A stretch of 64,000 nt of DNA. Origin: Octopus vulgaris. Its lineage: Eukaryota. This document shows, one piece after another, positions 35,095 to 49,225 of this stretch. A program made the position numbers and the translations under genes. The first letter of the stretch is position 1, and every line of letters begins with the position of its first letter. The notes beneath the pieces are model-generated. The model searched no databases and was not told the origin of the DNA. It saw only the letters and a program-made list of their open reading frames with translations. The stretch covers positions 558,001 through 622,000 of the forward strand of contig OX597823.1 in NCBI GenBank assembly GCA_951406725.2. Reading direction: 5' to 3'.

Positions 35095-36590
35095 TTCTTT
35101 GAGGGTACCTACATTAAAAGCACAAGGGGAAAATTTATCAGCACACAGGGGTCACTTCTTTCCAAATCCCAGTCAACATAATTCATGGGTAACAAACAGG
35201 AAGAAGACAAAGTATTTGACTGGAAGTTGTTTTGATAAAAAGGAAATGTTGTTGCGACTTTGTCAAGAACTTTAAAACTACTTTAAAAATAGGATTCAAA
35301 CTGGCATGAAAGCTTATCCACACAAAGTACCTTCTAGAGAATATAAACATTGTTTTTTTTTTACCCCTATTTGCTATGACGTTGCCATTTACATAGGTGG
35401 GCAAAAATTCCAAAGAAGAAACAATTCTGCAGAAACATCTCACCTGAGGCCTAGAAACACATCTTGCATTTCAGAAAGTGCAAGGTGGATCTAACTTTTG
35501 TGTCCAAAGATTTGACAGGAAGAAGGTGTAGACAAACGACTGCTAGGTCTATAGGTTAATGAGCAGATTCAATGGAATTCACCTTCATTATTTCTGCTAA
35601 CTCATTCAATCAGTTAACAGTGGAGATATCAGCAAAAGATTGAGTCAGAACATCATCGAAGTTGAGAGTTTGAAAATATATTTCAGAAATGTTTTGAACA
35701 ATGATGAGAATCCAGGGAATATTGGTCAAGATGATGGCATCTTGCCATCATCTTTTACAATATAAAAGCTAAGATATATATACACAAATACACTCCAGAC
35801 ATCAGAAGATTTGGTTGGTCTTCTGGTCCCTATCCCACAGGCATTGAAAAATGACTTCCAGCTCAACAACTGCAACAATGGCATCATGCTATCACAAGAT
35901 CTGAAGAAAAATAAATAAACAAATAAAGCTACTAATCAAATCAATTTAATCACTTTTTTTTTTTTTGAAAACTCTGTAGAATGGTAGAAACAAGGTTTAC
36001 CCCATGATTAACTATTACTTCAGATGATTAGCTAGTGGGGGAGAAGATCAGTGGAGATTCACCATATTTTCTCAAATGAAAAACCAATTTTTGTAATCCA
36101 TAGGACTGCGAATCTTATAGTTCCTGATTTATATGGACTTGGAAACAAATAATCTCCTTGTTTCAAAGATAATAGATGTGTAAACGATACCCTCATCTTT
36201 TTCTGACGTATAAACATTTTTGAACGAGATAAATATATTAAAGAAATTGAGTCAAAATTGAGGCCAGTCAAAGAAGTAATTTTAATAAAGTGAACAGATT
36301 AATTTCTGCAAAGAAACCTGGAATTATTTCTTTAGATGCACCAAGAACTGGTAAAACCATTTCTCATTCTTAGTTAAGATTAAAAGCCACTAGAAAAATC
36401 CCCATTATTGCAGCCTTCTCCATTGGCATGTTTGCATCACTTCTGAGAGTTGGAAGATAAATTTTATATTCAAACTTCCTCTAAACCCAACATCCTCAAG
36501 TACATCCATGTAGAACATCACAAGGAATTCAAGAATGACACCTGTTCACAGAATTGTCAATTAATTGTATGGGATGAATGTACAGTAACA
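35095..36590 (+). pseudogene. Ancient, heavily deleted Helitron Rep-Helicase relic (largely missed by the ORF track)
   Basis: Collinear motifs across stops and frameshifts: PTLKAQG.IYQHT.SLLPN (~35105), KVPSREYKH..DVAI (35320), ILPSSFT (~35740), VEW*KQGLPH (Rep HUH motif, ~35977), LDAPRTGKT (Walker A, ~36332), FKLPLN (~36470), CQLIVWDEC (Walker B, ~36555). Confidence 0.8.
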
Positions 36591-37024
36591 GCTGGGGCAA
36601 GGAAAATGTTGTTGTAAGGCCCCTTCAAAAAGTTTCTTGCTTGCTATTTGGGGGAAATTCCCATTTCATATGGGAACTTTAGAGTCCTTTTTGACTCCCG
36701 GTGAAGACTAATTTTGTTTTATATGTTGTTATTGTGCTATTTTATGTAATTCTTTTAACTCAAGTGAAATTGAGGATAAGAAGAGATTGTTGTCTTTGGT
36801 AATTATTATGAAATTTTGCAAGGCACTACAAACACAAACCCTAGCATTAAACTTTAGCCTTAAAAAGATAGTTTCAGTTGGTTGCCAAGGGAAAATATAT
36901 AAACTGTCAAAAATGAATAAATTTGATTGGCTAAAATTGCTAAGAATTTCAGATTTTAATGGTTCATAACTTTTTTGTAAGTAATTTCTAAAGAGAACAA
37001 AAAGAAAGTTGTGAATTTTGTAAT

Positions 37025-37290
37025 TCATCATCATCATTTAATATCCATTCTCCAAGCTGGCATGGATTGGATGGTTCGATAGGGGCTGGTAAGGCTGGAG
37101 AGCTGCTTGGGTTCCATTTGTCTGTTTTGGCACACTCTTCCTAATGCCAACCATTTTAGAGAGAGTACTGAGTACTTTACACATGGCACTGACATGGACG
37201 CTTTTATGTGACACCAGCACAGGCACATTCACATGGCACTGACCCAGGTACCTTCATGTGCCACTGGCACTTTTACATGTCACCAGCATT
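37025..37290 (-). mobile_element. Old RTE 3'-tail fragment
   Basis: (CAT)n-TTAATATCC..CTTCCTAATGCCAACC plus degenerate GTGCCACTGGCAC units. Confidence 0.65.
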
Positions 37291-38399
37291 ACACATTCCC
37301 GGTGCCTGCAAGACCACCAGAGTAAGATCTCTCAGCCGAGGATGAGATATAGAAGACATACCTGTCTGTATGGATGGCCATAATTGTACTCAGCTTCACA
37401 TATCTTCTCAGGCACAGCAAACAGCCAGAAGTCTCAGTCTTTTGCCATCTCCTGAAACTCTTTTTTTACCACTTCAACCCACATCTTCCTGTGTCTACCC
37501 CTTCTGCATATGGGATATTGATGATGGACAGTGTGAGCGTGTGTTGGGGGGGGGGGGGGGTTATCTTGAAGGCTGGGTCAGGGGCAGGGAGAAGGAGGAG
37601 GACATTTCTTTCAAACTGAAATTTCCAGAAAACCATTTTTTTCCCCCGGAATCATAATCTTTGTATTTTCTTTTAAACAGAATTTAAAAGAGAAAATATG
37701 AAAAATGTGAAAACAAAAATCATGGTTATTGGAAAGGTTGGGAGTGGGGAGGTTGAAAGTTTGAAAAGCTGTTTCAAGAGCAAAATTGGGATCTCCTTTG
37801 TTGAAAATATAGAAATCAGAAGAAAAAGAAGGAAAAGAAAACAAAACGATGGGGTGAGGTGTGGGTGTGCATGAGACACACCCACCTCAACTTAGGATCA
37901 ACAGCAATACCACCATTATTTTCACAATATGTAACAATAATATCAATAACATTACCACACCCAACAATAACAGCTGCAACAACAACAACAGCAGCAACAA
38001 TCTGTTGAGTTTGATCATTTAGATGATGATGATGATGATGATGAAGGGGGGGTGGCTTTTAATACAACAGAAGCTTTCTTTGGTTATTAGGCTTGTAAGG
38101 GGCTGACTTTGGTACATTGTGGGTGTGTGGGGGGGATCTTCAATGTATGTATATGTGAGGAGGGGGATATGAGAGAGAGAGAGGGGTGGGGGAAGATTGT
38201 AATAAAATAAAGACAAAGTGTTTTTGTGTGTGTGACACAGAAAAACAAGTTAAAAGAGTAATTACGTGATTGCTTCTCTTTGTTAATTGATTCTAATGTC
38301 AATTGTCCCAGAATCGCACTTGTTGTCATTTTTGATGAACTACCAAATTATGTGTGCGTCTGCATGAGAGTATGTATTTGTGAGTGTGTCATTTCATTT

Positions 38400-39900
38400 T
38401 TGTAATTGCTGCTTATGTCTGGAGGAAGGGACATTGCCCATGAACTTTGCAACCCTGCCGCCACCCGCAACTGGAAATGTTCTGCTGCAGGTCAACACCT
38501 GCGGGAAAGAGATGGAGCAGGGGAGTGATGTAGTGAGGTGGAAGGAGTAGGTAGAGTGTGAGGCTGGGAAACACAACAAGGATGATGAGAAATGTGGAGG
38601 TACAGGTGGGCAAACGGTAACCAAGTAGATAAGCCAGCTTTGAAAAAAAGACAGCGAGAGAGGAGAAAGCATGGATGCAGTGGGCCAGAGGCTAGAAGTT
38701 GTCAGTTGTGAATTCACTTGAGCCTTGCAGTTGAGTCAGCAGTTGTTGGGATCTAAGATACTAAAGAAGGCCCAGTCTTTAAGGAACGTAGTCATGGCTA
38801 TGTTTAAGATGTACTTTTACCAGGAGAAATATTTGACAGTCATGAAACCCAGCATTTGGAGGGACCATGGGTGGTAACCAAGTTGAGTGTAGAAGAGGCA
38901 CAGTGTGGTGTGATGATGTTTTCAGGAGTTTTATCTGAATATTTTTTTGCTGCTAAAAAAAGAAAGTGACGTGGGTCCATCAGAGGATGCTCTCAAGGTT
39001 TCCATTCATGGAATCAATGTAGGTTTGGTGTGTGATGTACAGGCTGCATGTGGCTGATGCATGGTCAAGGAAGGTTGGAAAAGAATGACCAGCATAAAAG
39101 TGGAATTGTTGGATGAAGGGGTAAGGGAGTCATTGACGTCACCCTCATCATTGTTTAACGTCTGTTTTCCATGTTGGCATGGGTTGGACGATTTGACTGA
39201 GGTCTGGAGAGCCAGCAGCTGCACCAGGCTCCAAATCTGATCTAGCAATGTTTCTACAGCTGGGTGCCCTTCCTAATGCCAACCACTCCAAGAGTGTAGT
39301 GGGTGCTTTTTACATGCCCTATGTATAAAAGGTAAAGAGTCTGAGATAGACCTGAACTCTGGTAAACACCAGATTTGATTAAGAGTGGAGTAGAAAGAGC
39401 TGCAACATATAGTGCAACGGTGCAATCTAGTATGAAGCTATTGACCCAAGAGTTGAGAGCTGAGTGAAGTCTGGAGGCTGGAAGTTTAGAGAAAAGTTAT
39501 GCATTCTGTAGATGGTGAAAGGTTTTAATGATGTCAAGAGAGACAATGGTGCTTTTACCAAACTCCTCTAAAGTGAGAACCCACTAAAGAAAGACATAAG
39601 AGAATGGGTCTTCAATGGATCTGGCTCTGTGGAAGTCATATTGGTGATCCCTTTGGAATGGGACAACTGAAGTATACTTTCCAAATAGGAGGGTATTTCT
39701 CCAGAGAGAGAAAGAGAGGAAGGGAGTATGGTGAGAAAGAAAAAAGGCCAAGTTCTGGGCTGTAGTGTTTGAGTGTAATGGAAACATTATCAGGGTTGGT
39801 GGCTTTGTTAGTTTGAAACAAATTAAGAGCTTTCCTCACATAGAATGTACTTATGTGAGATGGAAATGGAGTGGGGTTCAACTGCACATAGCTCAAAGTT
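38400..39900 (-). mobile_element. Degraded CR1/Jockey-group LINE RT relic, interrupted by an RTE tail (39143-39320)
   Basis: VRKALNLFQTNKATNPDNVSITLKHYSPEL, HQYDFHRARS and EFGKSTIVSLDIIKTF correspond to the GPD, QYGFR and LDISKAFD RT motifs. Confidence 0.65.
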
Positions 39901-41744
39901 GCACTTGGATGCAAACTGGGTATCTGTCTGTCTGTTTCTCTCTCTCTCTCTTTCTCTCTCTCTACACACACAGAAATAGAGAGAAAATGTGTGTGAGCTG
40001 ATACACATACTTCTCTCAAAAATAGTAAAAATAAATAAAAACCTGATGGTTGTGGTTTGTAAAGCTGATCTAGTTTTCCTATCATATTAATAGTTCATCT
40101 CACCAAAATGACAAATATGTATATCTAGTTTCCACTTCATGCTTAAGTGATTAAATGTTAGGAAGGGCACAAGAGAAATTAAATGGAATTCACAGAATTG
40201 AAACAGCAGGGTATGGAGGGAGAGTTACATACTTTGGTGTACATCTAAGAAGATACAACCCACTAATGAGCTAAATATCTAAGGTGTGTGATTCTTTGGT
40301 ACAGCTGACCCCTCCTAAATTGTGGTCAATTTGAGTAAATTAATCTCAAAGTATGCCATACCATCCTTATCTACTCTTTTTCTCTCAACTAAACAAGACT
40401 ATTTCATAAAGACTGTTTCACGTAAACATGTAATAAATCAAACAGTGTATTCAATGTCTAGTTGGCATTACTTCATAACCAGTAAAATATCCATTAAACA
40501 ATGATTATCCTGATTAAATTTCAGTGAATGAGAAGACTCAGTCATCTTTATATTCCAAAATATATTTGAATTGAGAAATGCCGCCAAGTTAGAAGTTGTG
40601 TTATATCCTTAAAGCATTGAGATTCTGTCACAGCACAGCACTTACTTAAAATCTTGACATTAGGCTTTTCTCAGTGGGTTTTTGTTTAGAAGTGGTTTTT
40701 GTATTTCATAGCAGTCACTGTGGATTTTAAAATCATTGAGAGTTGTCGTGATTGCCACTGTTTTTCAAAGTCCAGTTTTTCAAAGCTCAAACAGATTTCC
40801 AATTTAATCTAAGTCCATTCATTTTAATTCTATGGCCCCTTGTCTGACAATTAAATCTGTAAACCTCCAAAGTCACTACATTAAATGCAATGTTTTTTCC
40901 CTACTAATCTTGAAACCTAAGAGTCTTAAAGTAGAAGAAAAAAGATGCTTTGACCTCCAAGGTTTAGGGACTTAAACGGTGTGAAACTGGTTGCATTAAG
41001 ATACTGAAAGCGGTTGACCAAAAGGTTAATCGCTTTGTCTAATGTGATTTATATTAACACAGAAAAGTTGTGATGTTCCTACATTTCCCAGGAGGATTTG
41101 CTATAAAATGATTATAGTGATGATGATCATGTTGATGTTATGATGACAAACTGATTGGCTTATTAATAAAAGCTGAAGGAAATTTAAGGGACAAAATGAG
41201 CAAAAAGTTTATTCGTTCCTCTTACATATGAAACGAAATATCTTCCCCATTTCATATTTGCATAAAACTAAAACTAAAACTAAAAGCAACAGACTTTTAA
41301 AATGAGAGGATTTTTTGCTGAAACATCAGCAACTTGCTCTGGAGAATCTCTAAAAAATGGGCCTTCAGTCTAGCTTTAAACTAAAGTGTTTAGGATTCAG
41401 TTGTAATTATGTGAAGTTATGGACAGTGGAGAGACTAAGAAGAAGAAGAAGAAGGAAAAAGTTTTATTTAGGAAGGAATGTAAAGTTATAATAGAGAGTC
41501 TCTAATAGTATTTATGAAGGACTTGCAGGATAGCAAAGTCCAAAGCTGGGATTCTTGTAAAAAGAGAAAATATCACAGTATTTAATACAAACATTATTTT
41601 TAAGCAATTCCATGGACAGCGTATATATCCGTGAAAGTGTCTGTTTGCCTATGAATGTGTGTATGCTTATGTGTTTATCTTAGCAAGCACAATCATGTGT
41701 ATGTGTGTATATTATAGTTTTGAATAGGTATATATATATACATA

Positions 41745-41978
41745 AAAAGCACCAACCAAACGTGGTCGATGCCAGTGCCACCTGACTGGCTCCCATGCCG
41801 GTGGCACGTAAAAAGCACCCACTACATTCTCAGAGTGGTTGGCATTAGGAAGGACATCCAGCTGTAGAAACAGTGCCAGATCAGACTGGAGCCTGTTGCA
41901 GCCTCCTGGTTTGCCAGTCTTCAGTCAAACCATCCAGCCCATGCCAGCACAGAGAGCAGATGTTAAACGATGATGATT
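41745..41978 (+). mobile_element. RTE 3'-tail fragment
   Basis: GCCGGTGGCACGTAAAAAGCACC..GGTTGGCATTAGGAAGGACATCCAGC..GTTAAACGATGATGAT. Confidence 0.8.
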
Positions 41979-42931
41979 CACACACACACACACACACACA
42001 ATTCTGTAACTCCAATACTGATCTAGACAAAACAAATTCAGGGAGATTAACATCTCATATAATCTCACCCTTGGAACAAAATTTTGCTGCTTAAAATTTC
42101 TCAACAAACTCTCTAAAACACTTCAGACATTGCTGTCCCTAGGTTGTTGTTGATTATGTTGATTTCATTATTGTTGAGATGAGAGATGATTAGCAACGAG
42201 GGTATGGCAATGTATAACCAACTGAACAAGAGAGTGTAAGTTCAGATCTCATCACTGACATCTCATCATGTCCCTGGCGAACACACCTAACAGCCAAGTT
42301 ACACATTGCCTAACGAATACAGTAACAAAGCTCTCCAGATGGACTGTACCTGGGATTTGAAGACTCAAATATATTCCACTGAGTCTGAAAATTATGGTCA
42401 AAGCCTAAATACCTATGAAATACTCAGCAGCTGATCCTGTAATATGCTGGGGGAAGTCCTTTCATTGACTGGTCAACTGAAATCCAGTGCAACATTCTAA
42501 AATTGATGACTGTTTCATTAACTTGCAAGCTATGGGCCTGGGCAAGGTACCAACAAACTATTCCAGTGTCTTCTTCCTTGAATCACTTAGAATAAAGTCT
42601 GTATTTTCACTGGGCTTTACTAGATGAATCACCTTTAGCAAATATATAGGTGTGAGCATTACTGTTTGTGCATCATCATTTCTATATATCATTCATCATC
42701 ATCATCATCAGCAGCAGCAGCAGCAGCAACAAGACAGAATCATTTGCATGACAAGTAAAATGGCTGCTAGCATTTTATCTGTCTTTACATTCTCAGTTCA
42801 AATTCTGTTGAGATCAACTTTGCTTTTCATCCTTTCAGAGTTGATAAAATAAATACCAGTTGGGCACTGGGGTCAATGTAATCGAAAATGCTGGCTTTGT
42901 GCCAAAATTTGAAACTGTTGTTGTTGTTGTT

Positions 42932-42980
<49 letters not shown>

Positions 42981-42989
42981 TCATTATTA

Positions 42990-43780
42990 CTGAGGGAGAG
43001 AGCACTGCATACCATCAAAGTGACAATAGCATAAATATATAAAGCCCAATATTCCCATCATTGCTATCTGTCTGATAAAGGTATGCCAGGCACCTGCATT
43101 ACAACAATATGTGCACAACATGGTGACCACATATCAAGATAAACAGTATATAACCTTGCAGGTGGGGCCCAGTTAGAATTTTCTTCAGGTCAAGTAGTCC
43201 ATCCCACTCAATTATTACTATTATTGAGTGAGAGAGCAGTGGATGCCATCAAAGTGACACTGGGGTAAAATATACGAAGCCCAGTATACCCATCAAGACT
43301 ACCCGTCTGATAAGGGTACACTAGGCACATGCATCACAACCATATGTGCGCGACAAGGTGACCTCATATCAAGATAAACAGCGCATGACCTTGCAGGTGG
43401 GGCCCAGTTAGAATTTTCTTCAGGTCAAGTAGCCCATCCTGCTCAAAAGGTTCCTGAATAAGGGTTGTTTAAGGATGTTGAATGAAACACCCATGTTTCC
43501 AGAGGTGAATTATTCAAACCCCAAAGAATACCTCTCAACACATGGCTATGATGTTCCCCCACTACTTCTGCTTGTGATCAGAGATGCACATATCGCCAGC
43601 CACTAAGGAAGATGGTCAACTGGTTAAGGTCAAACAACTGACAAGCAAATCTGTGGTACTAAGCAGAATATTTGTTATAGCTCATCTTTTACACCAAGAC
43701 AAAACAGTGTACATGATAACACTTCCAATCAGTTAAGATCAGAAGCCATGAGAGCTACTGCCTGGTACTGCATCAGGGCA
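42990..43780 (-). mobile_element. Unclassified ~570-bp repeat (43224-43780) with a tandem partial copy (42990-43210)
   Basis: The two adjacent blocks share CCATCAAAGTGACA..CCTTGCAGGTGGGGCCCAGTTAGAATTTTCTTCAGGTCAAGTAG. Homologous to 5600-6098. Confidence 0.8.
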
Positions 43781-45390
43781 TCTTCTTATTATTATATGTA
43801 TATCATCATGTGCTATTAGTTTGTATTATTACAGTAAAAGATCATTAAATAAGAAACTCTTATTCTTCTCCAAATTCTTGGATGTATTCTATTATAAGTT
43901 ATACAGGTTTCGTTCTTTTACTCTGCCTTTTTTTTTGTTTTGTTTATCTCAAATTGGTGTGGATGATTATCCAATACAATTTACATAAAAAAATCTTAGT
44001 AGTTATTTCTCTCTGTATTGATCATTATTCAGACTTAGACAACAAAGAAATGTTCTTTTTCTCTGTGAAAAGCACACACTGATATCAAGTTGGATTGCTT
44101 TGAATAATTGTCACATATCCAAATGGTAGCAGAGTAAATTTAGAAACAAACACACCACGAACAACAGATAGTGTAGTAACCACAATCTCATTCTACCGTA
44201 ACAAAAACAAAACCAAAAAATGTGACAACTCTAAGAATCAAATAAGTTTATATTAATTTGAGCAATGTACAAAATAAATCTAATTGAGAACTGTAAACAC
44301 ATTTGAGATGGTTTCTTTACTACGAATGTACAAGACTTCTAAGGAAAACATTAGTTGATATAGATTAACATCTTGATCCAGACAAAAATCTAGTCCCATT
44401 CAATACTAGAAAAATTGGAGTTAAAATCTCTTTACTGTGATCTTTTCTTCTGTTCTTATGACCCCTTGTGTTTTTACTCAATTTAAATGAAAGGTCTTTC
44501 TCTCTAGATGAGCAATTATGAAATAACTTACTAAAGACAACAAAACAATGACCAGACTCAGATAATTCTAGCCAGCCTTGCTTGGACGAATCTATGATAG
44601 AACAAACATACAGTCCATTTGACCACCTTCAGCTAGTCTTTGAGAGCTTTGAACAGCGTTAACTCTGTTGCAAGTTTACAAAACAGACCATATCCAATGG
44701 TTATCTTCTCAATCATGTTCTTTGCCAACTTACAAATATTTAGCCAGGGCATTAGTCGTACCAATCCCACCGGTATAGAAGGACCCAAAATGGTGATCAG
44801 CCCAACGTTTCTTACGTCTGTATTTCCAGCTGCAACTTTTAAATCTTTAATGTTGGACATGTCCAAGTATATACATTGCTTTCTTTTAAAGGTAGTGAGG
44901 AATTCCTTGAGTTAAATTTGGCTATTATACTGAACAGGGAGGACAATTCACTGAAAATATACACCCAACTCATAAAAAGAAAATTTGTGATTGTATTATT
45001 GATAGCAATTTAGGATTGGTCTAACACGAGAAGACAATATCAACGAAAGAAAGGGAAGGAGAAAATAATACAAGAGAAAGCAACTTTAAGAATATTAACA
45101 AAAGTAAAACTAATAACAAAATTCAAGTAGGTTTGGATATCTTCTCCTTTTTTTACCTTGGTTAATGTAGGGGTCCAGTAGGTGTTCAAATGAAATGCCT
45201 CAACATAACCTGCTGACCTGACTCTGCTGACAGGTAAGATTAGCAAGTCAATAGTGATAGGTAAATAGAATGCCTTTCCCACCACCTGAGATTCTTTCAG
45301 GTTATATGGAAAGAGGTGCAAGGTGAGGAGGGGGTTGTTATATTTGTAAATGTTTACAGAGTGTAGGAGATAACAATAAGATTTATAGGG

Positions 45391-45440
<50 letters not shown>

Positions 45441-45719
45441 TAAATATACACATATATAAATATACATATATAAATATAAATATACATATATATATATACA
45501 TACATATATATATATACATACATATATATATATACATATATACATACATATATATAATCATACATATATATATACATACATATATATATACATACATATA
45601 TATATACATACATACATATATACATACATACATACATATATACATACATACATATATACATACATACATATATATAATCATACATACATATATATAATCA
45701 TACATATATATATACATAC

Positions 45720-45764
<45 letters not shown>

Positions 45765-45769
45765 TATAA

Positions 45770-46240
45770 AAGCTAAAAGCTAAAACTCTATTCTCTCCAA
45801 CGTCGTCGTGAGTGCTACATCATCTGCATGATGTGGAAAATATTCCATCAGCATTGCCCAAATGATGTTGGCATCACCTTCAAGGTACATCCAAGGCTTG
45901 GGCCCCGTGCCATCCGCCCAAAACAAAAATCGCACTCTCATCTCATAACAACAATACGGCACAATTATTTCACCTCAATTGGCCCCGCTCTCTTTAACAT
46001 TACACCAAAACACATTAAAACAGAAACTGACCCTATAGGGTTCAAGAAGTCTTTGGACAGATTCCTTCAAGAAATCCCGGATAAACCCCCTACACCCGGA
46101 TATGTCTCTGTAAACAATAACTCTCTACTTGAGTGGGCCATAGTGCCCAAATTCTGACTTGAAAGACTTCACCAGGTGGTGCTATTAAGTTAGACATGGC
46201 CTGGGCCAATAATGGCCAAAACCTATCAAAGTATCAAAGT
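45770..46240 (+). mobile_element. CR1-type LINE 3' end (subfamily 1) inside a (TA)/(TACA)n array
   Basis: [14 protein letters not shown] then ORF 45828-46157 (WKI..GPALFN..FKKSLDRFLQEIPDKP..NNSL); tail of repeated TATCAAAG. Confidence 0.85.
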
Positions 46241-46735
46241 ATACATACATATATATATACATACATATATATATATACATACATATATATATATACATAT
46301 ATATATACATATATACATATATATACATACATATATACATATATATACATACATATATATATATATATATACATATATATATACATATATACATACATAT
46401 ATACATATATATACATACATATATATACATATATATACATATATACATACATATATATATACATACATATATATATATATATACATACATATATATATAT
46501 ATATACATACATATATATATACATATACATACATATATATATACATATATACATACATATATATATACATATATACATACATATATACATATATATACAT
46601 ACATATATACATATATATACATACATATATACATATATATACATACATATATACATATATATATACATATATATATACATATATATATATATACATATAT
46701 ATATACATATATATATATACATATATATATACATG

Positions 46736-46925
46736 CGGGTGGCACGTAAAAAGCACCCACTACACTCACGGAGTGGTTGGCGTTAGGAAGGGCATCCAGC
46801 CGTAGAAACACTGCCAGATTTGACTGGGCCTGATGAAGCCTTCTGGCTTCACAGACCCCAGTAGAACCGTCCAACCCATTCTAGCATGGAAAACGGACGC
46901 TAAACGATGATGATGATGATGATGA
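46736..46925 (+). mobile_element. Young RTE 3'-tail fragment in (TA)n
   Basis: GGTGGCACGTAAAAAGCACC..GGTTGGCGTTAGGAAGGGCATCCAGCCG..GCTAAACGATGATGATG. Confidence 0.85.
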
Positions 46926-47604
46926 TATATATATATATATATTTCAGCAGCAGAATAAAATTCATGAAATTCACACCATTTGCAACGACACTTAGCACTG
47001 TCAAGGTGAAAGCAGATTCTTTCACAAAGTTAGAAGACAGCAATGATAGGACAAGATGAACCCTGCTCAGGAAACTGTGCAACTGAGCCTTCTAAAACCC
47101 CTAAAAATCCCAGGGAGCAAGATGAGAGAGAAGAATCTTAATTTCTATCAACCCAGCACCCCATATCAAGAATAAGATGCCACCAAACTTTAGAAATAAG
47201 GAAGTCATGCTGCTCCATATTGACATTTTACTGAATCTTTCTCATAATATAAACAATGGTTTTTTTTTCCTTTAAACCACTGAAAGAAAAGGACACAATT
47301 AATTAAACCAACTCCCTTTTTTATATGACTTATTTTAATAACACTAGAAATATGAAAACATGAATTTCTGCAAGATTTGAACTCAGAAATGGTAGAGATC
47401 AAACTAGAGTGATTTATTGAGTTGGTCACGCATTACAATAACAACAGGAGGGAAGGGTTGATAAAAATACCCCTAGTACCTGACTTGTATCTGTTTCTAT
47501 TAGCTCAGGAGAAATGGAAGACAAAGTTTTCTGGGGTGGGGTTTGAACTTGAGCCAAAGAAATTATGACATTCCATAAATAGCTATCAAATCTTCTTGCC
47601 CCAG

Positions 47605-47648
<44 letters not shown>

Positions 47649-48312
47649 AACAAATGGTATTTAAAATACAAAAATGCATCAGTACATACCTTAGTGTTAA
47701 AAGCAAATAGTTCCAAGTCCCATAGCTTTTTTACAGCTAAGCAACTAAATTGCTTCCTTGCTTGCTTGCTAGGCAGATACGTAGGTAGATAAAAAGGTTG
47801 GTAAATAGGTAAGTGTCCAATCCAACAAGATGATACAACACCGCAGCCACCGCCACTGGTGACAACAGCAGCAAAAGTAAAGGGTTCCACTGGCCCCACA
47901 AACACAAGCGGGGCCACAGGCACAAGTACAAATATCCTTCTTGGTTTCAAACTGGCCGTTTTGACCTAGATTTCGCTTACAGCACATATCCAACACATTG
48001 TGACAGGGTTACCGCTAAGGTAAGGTGGTTGATGATGATGATACAGTCTGGGTGGGGTTTAAATCTCCAGTACCTTCCTGAAATAATAATAATAATAATA
48101 ATAAAAACAACAACAACTAAATAAACTGAGAAACAGGTAAATCAATCAATTTACACATTCAGGATGATAAATGAAGCAATATACACACATAAATACATTA
48201 ATATACATACATGAAAATATACATACAACTAGTTTGACATATATACAAGTAAATATAATCAAAATAGGGAGAAAAAGCAACAACCCCAGTCACAAATATG
48301 TCTATACATGTA

Positions 48313-48350
<38 letters not shown>

Positions 48351-48352
<2 letters not shown>

Positions 48353-48800
48353 TATGTTTTTATGAACTTTAGGAAGGCCATAAAAAAGGCTAGGCCTGCA
48401 TTTGAAATTGGTGATATAGTCCTTTTCTTTTTCTGTGAGCCCTTGACCGTGTTGGAGTATGAGGGTGGTGAGGTTTTTGATTGTTTTTTGTTGTTTATAG
48501 TTGGTGATTACCTCATAGAAAGTGTTGTTGTTTAGCATGGAAAGCACTAGGTGTTTATAAAACTCCGTGTCCATAAGGACCACAGAACTCCCTTTGTCGG
48601 CGTCTTTGATGGTAAGGCTTTTGTCCTGTTGTAAGTCACATAGGTTTTTCCATTCCTCCCTATTGAAGTTGGACTTTACCTTGGTTTTGTCTGGAGTAAA
48701 GGGGAGACTCTGGATGTGTTTGGGAAAATCGTCCAGTGCTTCACAGGAACTGGATAACTCCTACCCCATTTCCTGTTTTGACACTCTTTTACCAAACACC
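48351..48800 (-). mobile_element. Penelope-like element RT fragment
   Basis: SNFNREEWKNLCDLQQDKSLTIKDADKGSSVVLMDTEFY..PSLFYGLPKVHK contains the ADKG and YGLPKxHK motifs typical of Penelope RTs. Confidence 0.85.
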
Positions 48801-49225
48801 TTAAACTAAGCACTACCTTTAAGCACATGGATCTTAATCCTCCAAAGAAATTTTTCCAAGAACTATCATTGAACTCTAAAAGCATAAAAACTCTACAATG
48901 TATTGGTATACTTATTTATTTATTAATTTTTGTAAATGTTTATTATTATTTTTTTAAAAAAAACATTGTAAATTTCTTTTTTCCCCTTCCTCAATTTTAA
49001 AAAAATTTCTTTTCCCCTTTCAAATCTTGAAACTTTGCTTTGCAATGAAAACTGGTTAGATTTATTATTTTTTAAATTTTCCATACACCCATTTTTGTTA
49101 AAATTTACTTTCAATTTAGCATTCTGCCTTATTATAATTTTTCCTCTCCTTATATATATATATATATATGTATGTATGATATATATATATATATATGTAT
49201 GATATATATATATATATGTATGATA

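Noticed and set aside
47769-47996. Metallothionein-like Cys-rich ORF (ICTCACGPACVCG..CCCC)
   Set aside because: The Cys residues come from TG-rich low complexity, Trp/Leu/Phe content is unlike metallothioneins, and there is no supporting gene structure.
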